Shown: in pieces, positions 38,926-48,430 of the stretch | Numbering within the stretch: the stretch's first letter is position 1 | Layout: every line of letters begins with the position of its first letter | DNA from: an uncultured virus (IMG/VR IMGVR_UViG_3300042893_000829) | Taxonomy: Duplodnaviria > Heunggongvirae > Uroviricota > Caudoviricetes | Direction: 5' to 3' (one strand) | DNA: 64,000 bases | IMG/VR virus record: IMGVR_UViG_3300042893_000829 | The notes under the pieces: generated by a model | What the model was told of the DNA's origin: nothing | The model's input: the letters and a program-made list of their open reading frames with translations, nothing else | The model's database searches: none | Program-made: the position numbers and the translations under genes

Positions 38926-39555
38926 ATGTATTACGGACAAAATAATGAAGACAAAATAATTAATGATTATATTTTGGAAAAACACGGACCAGATTATATT
39001 GGTACTGTTTTAGAAATTGGGGCAAATGATGGCATAACCCTTAGTAACTCAAAATTTTTTAGGGATCTTGGTTGGCAAGGTTTTTTAGTTGAGGCAGGGA
39101 AAAAACCTTTTGATAAATTAGTTGAAAACGTTTTAGGAAATAGTAAATGTTATAATGTTGCATTAGGTTCTGAAAATTGTAAATTAAAATTTTATGAAAG
39201 TGGTAAACAACTTGGGGAAAAGGACACGGGGTTAGTATCGTCTCTTATTATGGATGAAACTTTTAGGTGGAGACGTAGTGGTGTAACCTATGAAGAAAAC
39301 GAAGTAGAATGTTTAACCTGGAATTCTTTTTTAGAAAAATACAATCTTACAGAACAAAGTTTTAACATAATTAGTATTGATATTGAAGGAATGGATTATA
39401 TAGTTCTTAATCAAATTGATTTAAACAAAGTAAATTGTGAGGTTGTTTGTGTTGAGTTTAATGGTAAACAAAAAGACCTTTTTGTTAATTATTGTCAAAA
39501 ATTCAATATGAATTTAATACACCAAAACGGTGAAAACTTAATTTTTGTAAAATAA
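38926..39555 (+). CDS. FkbM-family methyltransferase
   Basis: YGQNNED, LEIGANDGITLSNS and SIDIEGMD. Confidence 0.9.
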   Translation: MYYGQNNEDKIINDYILEKHGPDYIGTVLEIGANDGITLSNSKFFRDLGWQGFLVEAGKKPFDKLVENVLGNSKCYNVALGSENCKLKFYESGKQLGEKDTGLVSSLIMDETFRWRRSGVTYEENEVECLTWNSFLEKYNLTEQSFNIISIDIEGMDYIVLNQIDLNKVNCEVVCVEFNGKQKDLFVNYCQKFNMNLIHQNGENLIFVK

Positions 39556-39590
39556 TAATAAAACCATATAAACATTTGAATAATAATAAA

Positions 39591-40532
39591 ATGAATCCAC
39601 ACAAATCTTTAATAGAAAAACTAAATTCTAAAAACTATAACACATCTGAAAAAACGTATGACGAGGACTTCTATACGGACAATATTTTTGACTTATTAGA
39701 AGATGAATCAATAAATAACTTAAAAGGGGGATTTAATAGTCCATCAGATAATTTTAATAGATTTAAAGATATTATATCTGACCCAAACAATTTGTATATT
39801 AATAGAGTAGAAAATGCAGGTACTGTTGAAAACGGAATTATTACTTTACATAATGGTATAAAACTTAGTACTGAATATTACGGTAACTTTATTGAGATAT
39901 TAAAATATAATTTAGGTGTTCACGAACCATCCGAAGAAAGAGCGTTTCAAAAAGTTTTAACTAAACTAGACAAAGGTTCTATTATGATTGAATTAGGTAG
40001 TTACTGGTCAATGTACTCAATATGGTTTATGAAAGCAATTGAAGATTCAATCTCTTACTGTATTGAACCTGACGCTAATAATATGAGGGTTGGAATTAAA
40101 AATTTTGAAATTAACGAATTAAAACCAAATTTTATACAAGGCAAAATTTCTAAATCCGATTTTAACCCACTAACGTTCTTTTTAAAAAATAATTTAGAAA
40201 AAATAGATATATTACATAGTGACATTCAAGGATATGAGGTAGAGATGTTGGATATGATACAACCTTATCTTTCTGAAAAAAAAATAAAATATTTATTTAT
40301 TAGTACACACAGTAATCCACTTCATTATGAGTGTATTTCTTTTTTAAAAAAAAATGGGTATAAAATTTTATCTTCGTGTGATTTTGATAACGAATCTTTT
40401 CAATATGATGGTTTTATACTATCTTGTCCAGATAACTTATATGAGATTGATGAATTTAAAATCGGTAACAGAAGTAAAACTGAGTTAATTAGTGATCAAG
40501 AATTAAATAAAATTATTAATAATAAATTATGA
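39591..40532 (+). CDS. FkbM-like SAM-dependent methyltransferase
   Basis: GVHEPSEE, MIELGSYW, ILHSDIQGYE and FISTHS. Probable ATG at 39591; the ORF track starts at the TTG at 39576. Confidence 0.75.
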   Translation: MNPHKSLIEKLNSKNYNTSEKTYDEDFYTDNIFDLLEDESINNLKGGFNSPSDNFNRFKDIISDPNNLYINRVENAGTVENGIITLHNGIKLSTEYYGNFIEILKYNLGVHEPSEERAFQKVLTKLDKGSIMIELGSYWSMYSIWFMKAIEDSISYCIEPDANNMRVGIKNFEINELKPNFIQGKISKSDFNPLTFFLKNNLEKIDILHSDIQGYEVEMLDMIQPYLSEKKIKYLFISTHSNPLHYECISFLKKNGYKILSSCDFDNESFQYDGFILSCPDNLYEIDEFKIGNRSKTELISDQELNKIINNKL

Positions 40533-41566
40533 AAAAAATTTTAATACTAGGTGGTGGTGGTTTTATAGGTGGCCATTTATCAAAAAAATTATATGAACAA
40601 GGAAATTTTGTAAGGGTTGTTGATATAAAAAACCACGAATATTTTAAAAGTTCAGATTTTTGTTCTGAATTTATTTTAGGTGATTTGAGAGACCCAAATT
40701 TTGTTTCCACAATAATGTTCTCACCAAAACAAATTTCTATTGAGGATGGTATTAATTCTTTTGATGAGGTATACCAACTAGCCGCAGATATGGGTGGAGC
40801 TGGTTATATTTTTACGGGAGAAAATGATGCAAACGTTATGCATAATTCGGCACTAATTAACTTAAATGTTAGTTATTATGCATCAAAGTTTGGTGTTAAA
40901 AAATTATTCTATTCGTCATCGGCTTGTATGTACCCAGAACATAATCAACTAGACCCTGAAAATCCAAACTGTGAAGAATCTTCCGCATATCCAGCAAATC
41001 CCGATTCTGAATATGGTTGGGAAAAATTATTTAGTGAAAGGTTGTATTTTGCGTTTATGAGGAATTATAAACTAGATATTAGAGTTGGGAGATTCCATAA
41101 TATATTTGGTCCGTATGGGACTTGGGATGGTGGTAAAGAAAAGGCACCTGCGGCTATGTGTCGAAAAGTATGTGAAACAAATAATGGTAAATCTATTGAA
41201 GTATGGGGAGATGGTCAACAAACCAGATCATTTCTATATATTGATGAGTGTGTTGAGGCGGTTTTAAAATTAATGGAAAGTGAATTTATTGGGCCTGTTA
41301 ATATAGGATCTGAAGAAATGGTAACCATTAATGAGTTAGCTCAAATGGCTATTGATATTTCTAATAAAGAAATTACAATTAATAATATAAATGGTGAAGA
41401 ATTCCAAAAAAAATATGGATTTAAATGTCCGGTTGGTGTAAGAGGAAGAAATTCCGACAACACACTCTTCAAAGAAAAAATTGGGTGGTCAGTGTCCCAA
41501 CCTCTATTTGAAGGGATGAAAAAAACATATGAATGGATAAATAAACAAGTAGTTTTAAATAAATGA
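40529..41566 (+). CDS. NAD-dependent epimerase, GDP-mannose 3,5-epimerase-like
   Basis: GGGGFIGGH, LAADMGGAGYI, YSSSACMYP, YGWEKLFSE, GGKEKAPAAMCRK, WGDGQQTRSF and GVRGRNSDN. Confidence 0.9.
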   Translation: MKKILILGGGGFIGGHLSKKLYEQGNFVRVVDIKNHEYFKSSDFCSEFILGDLRDPNFVSTIMFSPKQISIEDGINSFDEVYQLAADMGGAGYIFTGENDANVMHNSALINLNVSYYASKFGVKKLFYSSSACMYPEHNQLDPENPNCEESSAYPANPDSEYGWEKLFSERLYFAFMRNYKLDIRVGRFHNIFGPYGTWDGGKEKAPAAMCRKVCETNNGKSIEVWGDGQQTRSFLYIDECVEAVLKLMESEFIGPVNIGSEEMVTINELAQMAIDISNKEITINNINGEEFQKKYGFKCPVGVRGRNSDNTLFKEKIGWSVSQPLFEGMKKTYEWINKQVVLNK

Positions 41567-42303
41567 CGGCTAGAAAAAAACCAATACAAAAAGACGATGA
41601 AACGTCTCCACAACCACAATTTTCAAAAAAAGATTTGATAAATTCAGTTATAAAGAAAAAACAAAAAAATAAATTTTTATCCGAACACCAAGAAGAGTAT
41701 TATAATATTCTTAGAAACAATCAAATTACGGTTGCGTCAGGACCAGCAGGTGTTGGTAAATCATATATCGCAATGAAAGCGGCGGTTGATTTATTAATTG
41801 ACTCAAACAATTCTTACGAAAAAATTATTATTGTAAGACCGGCAGTTGAGGCAGAGGAAAAATTAGGTTCTTTACCTGGTAACCTTGAGGAAAAATTAGA
41901 TCCTTATATTTTTCCATCTTATTATCTATTAAATAAAATTATTGGTAAAGAGGCTAGAGAAAAATTAAAGGACTTAGAGGTTATTGAGGTTTTTGCTTTG
42001 GCTTTTATGAGAGGTATGAATATTGACAATTCAATATTAGTTTTTGAGGAAGCTCAAAACTCCACTCCAAATCAAATGAAATTATTATTAACAAGAATTG
42101 GTTATAATAGTAAGTTCTTTATTTCTGGAGATTTAGAACAAACCGATAGATATAAAGATAAAAAACAATCGGGACTATATGATGCAATCCAAAGATTTAA
42201 AGATGTTCCAGATATTGGTGTTTATGATTTTAGGGACGCTAAGAATGTTAGAAATCCATTAATAAGTAAAATACTAAGTAAATATGATGAAAATAGGGAT
42301 TGA
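41563..42303 (+). CDS. phoH: PhoH-family ATPase
   Basis: GPAGVGKS, RPAVEA..KLGSLPG, FMRG, EEAQN, LLTRIG and GDLEQTD. Confidence 0.95.
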   Translation: MTARKKPIQKDDETSPQPQFSKKDLINSVIKKKQKNKFLSEHQEEYYNILRNNQITVASGPAGVGKSYIAMKAAVDLLIDSNNSYEKIIIVRPAVEAEEKLGSLPGNLEEKLDPYIFPSYYLLNKIIGKEAREKLKDLEVIEVFALAFMRGMNIDNSILVFEEAQNSTPNQMKLLLTRIGYNSKFFISGDLEQTDRYKDKKQSGLYDAIQRFKDVPDIGVYDFRDAKNVRNPLISKILSKYDENRD

Positions 42304-42970
42304 GATTAATGGAGTTCTTAGGGATACTATTGGTAAATTCATAGAAATATATGAAAAACATTTACTTGATAGTCATGAATGTAAATCAACGGATAAAACA
42401 TATGAGTTAGAATTTTCTGGAGATACTGATGAAGTGGTTTCCATTAATGAGAATGTTAATTCTAATTTGTTTGAATATAAAATTTTAAGTGATGTTACGT
42501 CTTTGGATTTATTAAATCATTTTTCTTTTCCATCAAAAGAGGATCTATATTCTTTTATGTATGAAGAATACACAATGGAACTATTTGGTCACGCTCCATC
42601 AACAGAAATGTCAACATTTAATATATTAAATGATTTGTATTATGAATTAAGAGATGAATATGATTTATTAATTGTGTCAGATGAGATTGGTAAATCAAAA
42701 CCATCTTCATTATTTTTCTTATCAAAGTTTGGATGTTTGATTGAAAAAGTACTTTTTTATAGTGAAATAACTAAAAATAATATGTGGAATGACGTTGACG
42801 TTTTACTTACGGCTAATCCTACCTTATTATTAGAAAAACCAAAGGATAAAATTGTTGTAAAATTTACAACAAATTATAATAAACACATTGAATCAGAATA
42901 TGAGGTATCGTCCCTTTCTGAATTCAAAGAAACTTTAGAAAAAATTAAAAAGTATGTTTCAAGTATTTAA
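42284..42970 (+). CDS. HAD-fold 5'(3')-nucleotidase-like protein with degenerate motif I
   Basis: KIGIEINGVLRD resembles the (I)DxDGVL motif. C-terminal NYNKH resembles the NT5C-family tail. Confidence 0.5.
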   Translation: MMKIGIEINGVLRDTIGKFIEIYEKHLLDSHECKSTDKTYELEFSGDTDEVVSINENVNSNLFEYKILSDVTSLDLLNHFSFPSKEDLYSFMYEEYTMELFGHAPSTEMSTFNILNDLYYELRDEYDLLIVSDEIGKSKPSSLFFLSKFGCLIEKVLFYSEITKNNMWNDVDVLLTANPTLLLEKPKDKIVVKFTTNYNKHIESEYEVSSLSEFKETLEKIKKYVSSI

Positions 42971-43208
42971 CGAAAATTACTATGTGGACTTAGAAGTTAT
43001 TGACCAATATGTCCAATTTGACGGGGAGTCCGGAGAAACCCAAATACATTTAGTAAAATATGAGATTGTAAAATCGATGTTGGAAACTGTATTAACCGAA
43101 AGTAATGAAGTGGATGAAAATTTAGGGATGAAAAGTAATGAACTATCTATCCCTTTTAAAATTGCATTCAACACATTATTGATGAATAAAATAATAAACA
43201 AAATATAA
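42954..43208 (+). CDS. Hypothetical protein
   Basis: 84-aa ORF in operon. Confidence 0.6.
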   Translation: MFQVFNENYYVDLEVIDQYVQFDGESGETQIHLVKYEIVKSMLETVLTESNEVDENLGMKSNELSIPFKIAFNTLLMNKIINKI

Positions 43209-43212
43209 AATT

Positions 43213-44274
43213 ATGAACTCAGAACAAGTAAAAAAACTAGAGAAATCAATCCAAAGTATGAAGGATAAAAAATCTCGTTTGTATTTTATAGTACAAGATA
43301 CTAAAGGAAATGCTAGGGCTTCTGTTAGATATACTTATCAGATGGCAATGACACTTAAAAAAAACGGTTATAACCCAATTATATTACACGAAAATAAAGA
43401 ATATTTTGGTGTTGGTAGTTGGTTAGGTGAAGAATATATGTCCGAACTCCCACATAAATCAATTGATGATGGAAACTTAGAAATTTCTCCGGATGACCTT
43501 TTAATTATTCCAGAAATATTTGGTTACATTATGGAACAAGTTAAAAATTTACCTTGTGGTAAAGTTGTTTTAACTCAAGCATATGACCATATTTTTGAAA
43601 CTTTACAACCTGGTCAAAGTTGGACTCAGATGAGTTTTTATAAATGTATTACTACATCAGAAAAACAAAAAGAACGTATTGACACTCTAATGAGAAAAAT
43701 TTCATTTGACATTATTGAACCGGTTATTTCTGAAGTTTTTGAAAAATCAGAGTTTCCACCTAAAACAATTATCTCAATTCACACTAGAGACCAAAGAGAT
43801 ACTGCCAACATTATAAAACAATTCTACGTTAGATTCCCACAATATAGATGGATAACATTTAGAGATTTAAGAGGTCTAACTGAAACTGAATTTGCAAATG
43901 CACTTAAAGATAGTTTCTTATCTGTCTGGGTAGATGAAACTAGTGGGTTTGGTACCTTTCCTCTTGAATCAATGAAGATGGGAGTTCCGGTAATTGGTCT
44001 AGTACCTAATTTGCAACCGGAATGGTTAAATGAAGATAACGGACTATGGTTAGTTAATAAAAACTCAATGGTGGATGTTATTTCAGATTTTGTCCAAAAT
44101 TGGTTAGAGGATAATGTTAACCCTGAATTATATACTTTTATGAAAAAAACCTCGTCTGAATATTCAGATATGTCAAAGTTTGAATCTCGCGTTTTGGAAG
44201 TGTTCTCAAACATGATAGAAACAAGAATGAAAACATTTGAAGAACAATTAACTAAATTTGAAACAATAGAATAA
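43213..44274 (+). CDS. GT-B (GT4-like) glycosyltransferase
   Basis: LIIPEIFG and DETSGFGTFPLESMKMGVPVIG. Confidence 0.75.
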   Translation: MNSEQVKKLEKSIQSMKDKKSRLYFIVQDTKGNARASVRYTYQMAMTLKKNGYNPIILHENKEYFGVGSWLGEEYMSELPHKSIDDGNLEISPDDLLIIPEIFGYIMEQVKNLPCGKVVLTQAYDHIFETLQPGQSWTQMSFYKCITTSEKQKERIDTLMRKISFDIIEPVISEVFEKSEFPPKTIISIHTRDQRDTANIIKQFYVRFPQYRWITFRDLRGLTETEFANALKDSFLSVWVDETSGFGTFPLESMKMGVPVIGLVPNLQPEWLNEDNGLWLVNKNSMVDVISDFVQNWLEDNVNPELYTFMKKTSSEYSDMSKFESRVLEVFSNMIETRMKTFEEQLTKFETIE

Positions 44275-44275
44275 T

Positions 44276-45082
44276 ATGGAAACAAAAAACACTATTTCGG
44301 TTATCTTACCAATTAAAACAGGTAATGTATTTGGCTTTGATGATTATTTCACTAAAGCAATCACCTCACTTAAAAACCAAACTGGATTGGTTGACGAACT
44401 AATCATTGTCCATACTGGAGAATCTACATTCTTAAATTTTGTAAAGGATTTTGATTTTGAAGGTCTAAACGTTATTATTGAACAATACGATGAAGACCCT
44501 AATTTTGCGTCTCAAGTTAATTACGGTATTGAGAAAGCAACTTCTGAATGGGTATCTATTTTAGAATTTGATGATGAGTACTCCAACATTTGGTTTAAAA
44601 ATGCAAAAAACTATATGGGAATTTATGGAGATGTGGACGCATTTTTACCAATAGTTGTTGACGTTAACGATAAAGGGGTGTTTGTAGGATTTACAAACGA
44701 AGCCACATTTGCGGCAAACTTCACATCGGAAATGGGAATTTTAACTAATGAAACATTACTTACATATCAAAACTTCCAAATCTCAGGAATGTTAATTAAA
44801 AAAGAAAAATATGTTAAATTTGGTATGATTAAACCATCTTTTAGATTAACCTTTGGTTATGAGTTCTTATTAAGAATGACACATAATTCACTTAAATTTA
44901 TGGCAATCCCTAAAATTGGTTATAAACATATGAATTTAAGAGAGGGGTCAATTTTTTGGAACTATAAAAATGGTGATGATAGACTTTCTGAAGATGAGGT
45001 TAAGTTCTGGGTTGAGTCGGCAAAAAAAGAATATCTATATATTAAAGATAGAGACATAAAATATGAACCACAAGAAGTTTAA
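44276..45082 (+). CDS. GT2-family glycosyltransferase
   Basis: ISVILPI...NYGIEKATSEWVSILEFDD. Confidence 0.8.
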   Translation: METKNTISVILPIKTGNVFGFDDYFTKAITSLKNQTGLVDELIIVHTGESTFLNFVKDFDFEGLNVIIEQYDEDPNFASQVNYGIEKATSEWVSILEFDDEYSNIWFKNAKNYMGIYGDVDAFLPIVVDVNDKGVFVGFTNEATFAANFTSEMGILTNETLLTYQNFQISGMLIKKEKYVKFGMIKPSFRLTFGYEFLLRMTHNSLKFMAIPKIGYKHMNLREGSIFWNYKNGDDRLSEDEVKFWVESAKKEYLYIKDRDIKYEPQEV

Positions 45083-45831
45083 TGTTAGAAAATGAACAAA
45101 TTTGTGAAAATTGTGATGAAAAGAAAAAGAAAGGAAGAAAACCAAAAACAACAAATTATTTTGCAGAACGAGAAGAAAATGCGGTTAGAGAATATCTAAC
45201 CGCAACTACTTTTGAAGAGAAGAATAAAATATATAATGAGTTTTTAAAGTTTCCTTTGGATAAGATGATATCGTCAATAATAAGACGATATAAATTATAT
45301 AGAAAAGATATGAGTTACGATGAAATTCATGTTGATACACATTCATTTTTGATGACAAAAATTGATAAATTTAAACCGTCAAAAGAAAAAAAAGCGTATT
45401 CATATTTTGGTACTATCTGTAAGAATTATCTTATGGGTCAAATTATGAAAGACCAGAAGGAAACTAATCGTAAAATTTCATACGAGGACATTTCATCTGA
45501 TTTACAACATAGTCCTGATATGATTTATTACATTGATAATGAAGAGTTAACTACAGAAGAAATTATTAAAAAATTTTTAAATAAGTTAAAAGATAGTATG
45601 GATGATAATAAAATAACCGAACAAGAGGTAAAATTAGGCCAAGCAATCTCTGACCTTTTTGAAAATTATGGATCAATATTTCCTGACACAAATAATAATA
45701 AGTTTAATAAAAATGTAATTTTATTTGAGTTAAGGGAAATGACCAACCTATCAACAAAAGAAATTAGAAGTTCTATGAAAAGATATAAAAAATTATATTT
45801 AGAACTTATCCAAGAGATTTTAAAAAATTGA
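45082..45831 (+). CDS. Phage RNA polymerase sigma factor (T4 gp55-like, sigma70 region 2)
   Basis: NYF...LMTKIDKFKPSKEKKAYSYFGTICKNYL resembles the region 2.3-2.4 FDPxK..FxYFxxI pattern. Confidence 0.65.
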   Translation: MLENEQICENCDEKKKKGRKPKTTNYFAEREENAVREYLTATTFEEKNKIYNEFLKFPLDKMISSIIRRYKLYRKDMSYDEIHVDTHSFLMTKIDKFKPSKEKKAYSYFGTICKNYLMGQIMKDQKETNRKISYEDISSDLQHSPDMIYYIDNEELTTEEIIKKFLNKLKDSMDDNKITEQEVKLGQAISDLFENYGSIFPDTNNNKFNKNVILFELREMTNLSTKEIRSSMKRYKKLYLELIQEILKN

Positions 45832-45842
45832 TATTTATAAAT

Positions 45843-46214
45843 ATGGGAAGACCACCAAAAAAAGAAATTAATTTAACCAAAGATTCTATGTTATCTTTGA
45901 TGCAAGAAATCTACAACGAATTAGTGGAACAAAGAAATACCGCAATTAGAATCCAAAATAAAATGTTAACAATGATGAAGGAACCAGAAGATATGACTCT
46001 TATTGGTCCTGTTATTGAAAAACAACAAAAAATAATTAATGATTGTGTGGAGAAAAAATTATCCCTCTCAAAGTTACAAGCACAAATTTGGCAAAAATCT
46101 CAAGAAAGACAAGATGATAATTTTACACTTTCTGATTTGGATTTAGATGATGATGTGATGAAAAACTTAATTGACAAAGATACGTCAGATAAAAATTACA
46201 AATTAAATAAGTGA
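45843..46214 (+). CDS. Hypothetical coiled-coil protein
   Basis: Probable ATG at 45843 (MGRPPKK), directly after GATATTTATA at 45830-45839. Confidence 0.65.
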   Translation: MGRPPKKEINLTKDSMLSLMQEIYNELVEQRNTAIRIQNKMLTMMKEPEDMTLIGPVIEKQQKIINDCVEKKLSLSKLQAQIWQKSQERQDDNFTLSDLDLDDDVMKNLIDKDTSDKNYKLNK

Positions 46215-46215
46215 T

Positions 46216-48216
46216 ATGGCTATTGATATTGAGGAAGGTTATGAATCTATTGGTAGTTCTATAACCAAGAATAAAACGTATAAACAAATATCTTTAGATT
46301 ATAAAAAACTAAAAAAGAAAGCGGGTAGTTCTTATGAAAAAAATAAGAAGAAGATAACCCAAACTCTTGATAGTGCAAAAAAGAAAAAACAAAAATATCA
46401 AAAAAGCGCAAACAGTCAGATAGATAATTTAATGAAACTTAAATTAGATTCTGGAGATAATTTACCATCAAAAGATGATTTAATGGGGGGTAGCTTTAAA
46501 AAGTTAAAAGATTCAAAATATAATAAAATACCCGGACTTAAAATAAAAGGTAAAAATAGCACACAAAAATATATAATTAATAAATTTGTAACTGCGCTTA
46601 ATGAGTTAAAACCTAAAATTCTTGAGTTAATAGAACAAGAAATTTTAAATGCTGCGGGTTGTTCCCAAGACCAAACATACACACCAAACCAAGATTTATA
46701 TTTAAAAGTTAAATCTATTGATTTATTAGGTCAGTTAATGGTTGACCCTAATAATAATGTTGGTCAAATAATTTATGAAGATAAAACTCTTTCTTATCCT
46801 GGAAGTCCGTTTGCAATGAATAAAGAATTGTATAATAGGATTCAAAATATTAACCAACCATTTTCCGTTCAATATTCTTCAAACTACCAAGGAAAATCAG
46901 GACAAAATTTATTTGATATAACTTATGTTGAGAATTACATTGACCCATTTGGTAATAACGTTACTGGTAACTTTTATAAAGTTAATTTATCTAACAGATT
47001 AACAGGAAACAAAATAAAAGAATTTTTAAAAGATTATTACTCAACGATTGAGGTTATTGATTTTAAAAATATTTTTGCTAATTTAATGAATCAACTAACT
47101 GGAGCCGTATCCATTGAAAAAGGTGATGGTAAGTCCGATCTTGAGTCACTACAAAAAGTGTTTATACTCCTACAAAGAATAATGGGGTTATGTTATGATA
47201 ACACTAAAGAGATTGATGTTTCTGGTACCGCAAAAGTTTCTGAAAACGATAATATTGACGATTCTTTTTTTGAATTTACCGAAATTGATTTAAATTTTAT
47301 TGACCAAAATGTTTCGGATATTATTAATGGTGTTGCAACGTTTGAAGAATGTGATAATGTACAATTACCAATTAATAGTACCGCAATTGTAAACTCAATT
47401 AATAATTTGGTTTTTGTTCCTGGAACAAATAATAATAACACCCTTGAGGATGCAACAAATATAACTGACACAATAACTAAAAATCCAGATTGGGTACCAT
47501 TACAAATAAATTTAGATGCATCTTTTATTAAAGAATTTCCCAAATCAGTCGTTTTGTCTTTATTATCACCAAAAACATTATTACCTCTTGGTATTGTATT
47601 AAAGGCGTTAAATCAAAATGTAATGGATGAAGTATTTTCATACGTTGATTTTATAAAAAAATTAAAAACATTTTTCACTAGTGTTGTTTCTAAAATAGGT
47701 GCAATTTTTATTAAAATTATTTTTGATTCTATTAAAGAAGACATAAAAGAATTATTACAAACAATCACTACCGATATTGGAAATGAAAAAGTTAATAAAA
47801 AATTATCAATAATATTGGCATTAACTCAAATAATATTGGCAATTGCTAAATTGGTTAAAGATTTTAGAGAATGTAAAAGTGTAATAGATGATTTACAAAA
47901 TTTATTAAAATTAGCATCTAAAGGTTTTGGGAATCAAGTTCCTCTACCTTTGTTATTAGCATCAAGATTTTTAAGTGGATTTTCATCAACCAGAGCATTT
48001 TTAAATGTTATTGAGGAATTTGAAAAGTTAGGTATTCCTACAGGACCTATGTCGGATGGGTCACCAAATAAATTTATGGCATCAATTAAGGCGGTTATTG
48101 ATGGGATTGATAAAGAAGAATCACAAAATGGTCAAGTACAGGTGGCGGTTGATTTATTGTCAATCACACCTATTGGTCAAACAATCCCTAAAGTAGTGTT
48201 CGGTAAAAAATTATAA
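46216..48216 (+). CDS. Hypothetical protein, probably tail/baseplate-associated
   Basis: 666-aa ORF co-oriented upstream of the spike gene. Confidence 0.6.
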   Translation: MAIDIEEGYESIGSSITKNKTYKQISLDYKKLKKKAGSSYEKNKKKITQTLDSAKKKKQKYQKSANSQIDNLMKLKLDSGDNLPSKDDLMGGSFKKLKDSKYNKIPGLKIKGKNSTQKYIINKFVTALNELKPKILELIEQEILNAAGCSQDQTYTPNQDLYLKVKSIDLLGQLMVDPNNNVGQIIYEDKTLSYPGSPFAMNKELYNRIQNINQPFSVQYSSNYQGKSGQNLFDITYVENYIDPFGNNVTGNFYKVNLSNRLTGNKIKEFLKDYYSTIEVIDFKNIFANLMNQLTGAVSIEKGDGKSDLESLQKVFILLQRIMGLCYDNTKEIDVSGTAKVSENDNIDDSFFEFTEIDLNFIDQNVSDIINGVATFEECDNVQLPINSTAIVNSINNLVFVPGTNNNNTLEDATNITDTITKNPDWVPLQINLDASFIKEFPKSVVLSLLSPKTLLPLGIVLKALNQNVMDEVFSYVDFIKKLKTFFTSVVSKIGAIFIKIIFDSIKEDIKELLQTITTDIGNEKVNKKLSIILALTQIILAIAKLVKDFRECKSVIDDLQNLLKLASKGFGNQVPLPLLLASRFLSGFSSTRAFLNVIEEFEKLGIPTGPMSDGSPNKFMASIKAVIDGIDKEESQNGQVQVAVDLLSITPIGQTIPKVVFGKKL

Positions 48217-48217
48217 C

Positions 48218-48430
48218 ATGGAAAATAATATAGAAACAAATAAAATAGTAGAAATCATAACTGAATATAAAGTAAGACCAAAAAAAGATCTTGAATTTGC
48301 TATGGATTTTATTAATGAAGATTTTGAAAAAACAAAAAATGTTGTTTTAAAAATGACAAAACATTTAGATAAGTTAGAGACAACTTATAATAGTTTATTA
48401 AAGGAGTACAACTCAAGAAATGGAAGATAA
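48218..48430 (+). CDS. Hypothetical small coiled-coil protein
   Basis: 70-aa ORF in operon spacing. Confidence 0.55.
   Translation: MENNIETNKIVEIITEYKVRPKKDLEFAMDFINEDFEKTKNVVLKMTKHLDKLETTYNSLLKEYNSRNGR

Noticed and set aside
31315..45082. Bacterial capsule/LPS locus (host contamination or chimeric assembly)
   Set aside because: There are no wzx/wzy/ABC export genes, and the cluster is continuous with phage-type exonuclease, dut, phoH, sigma and baseplate genes.
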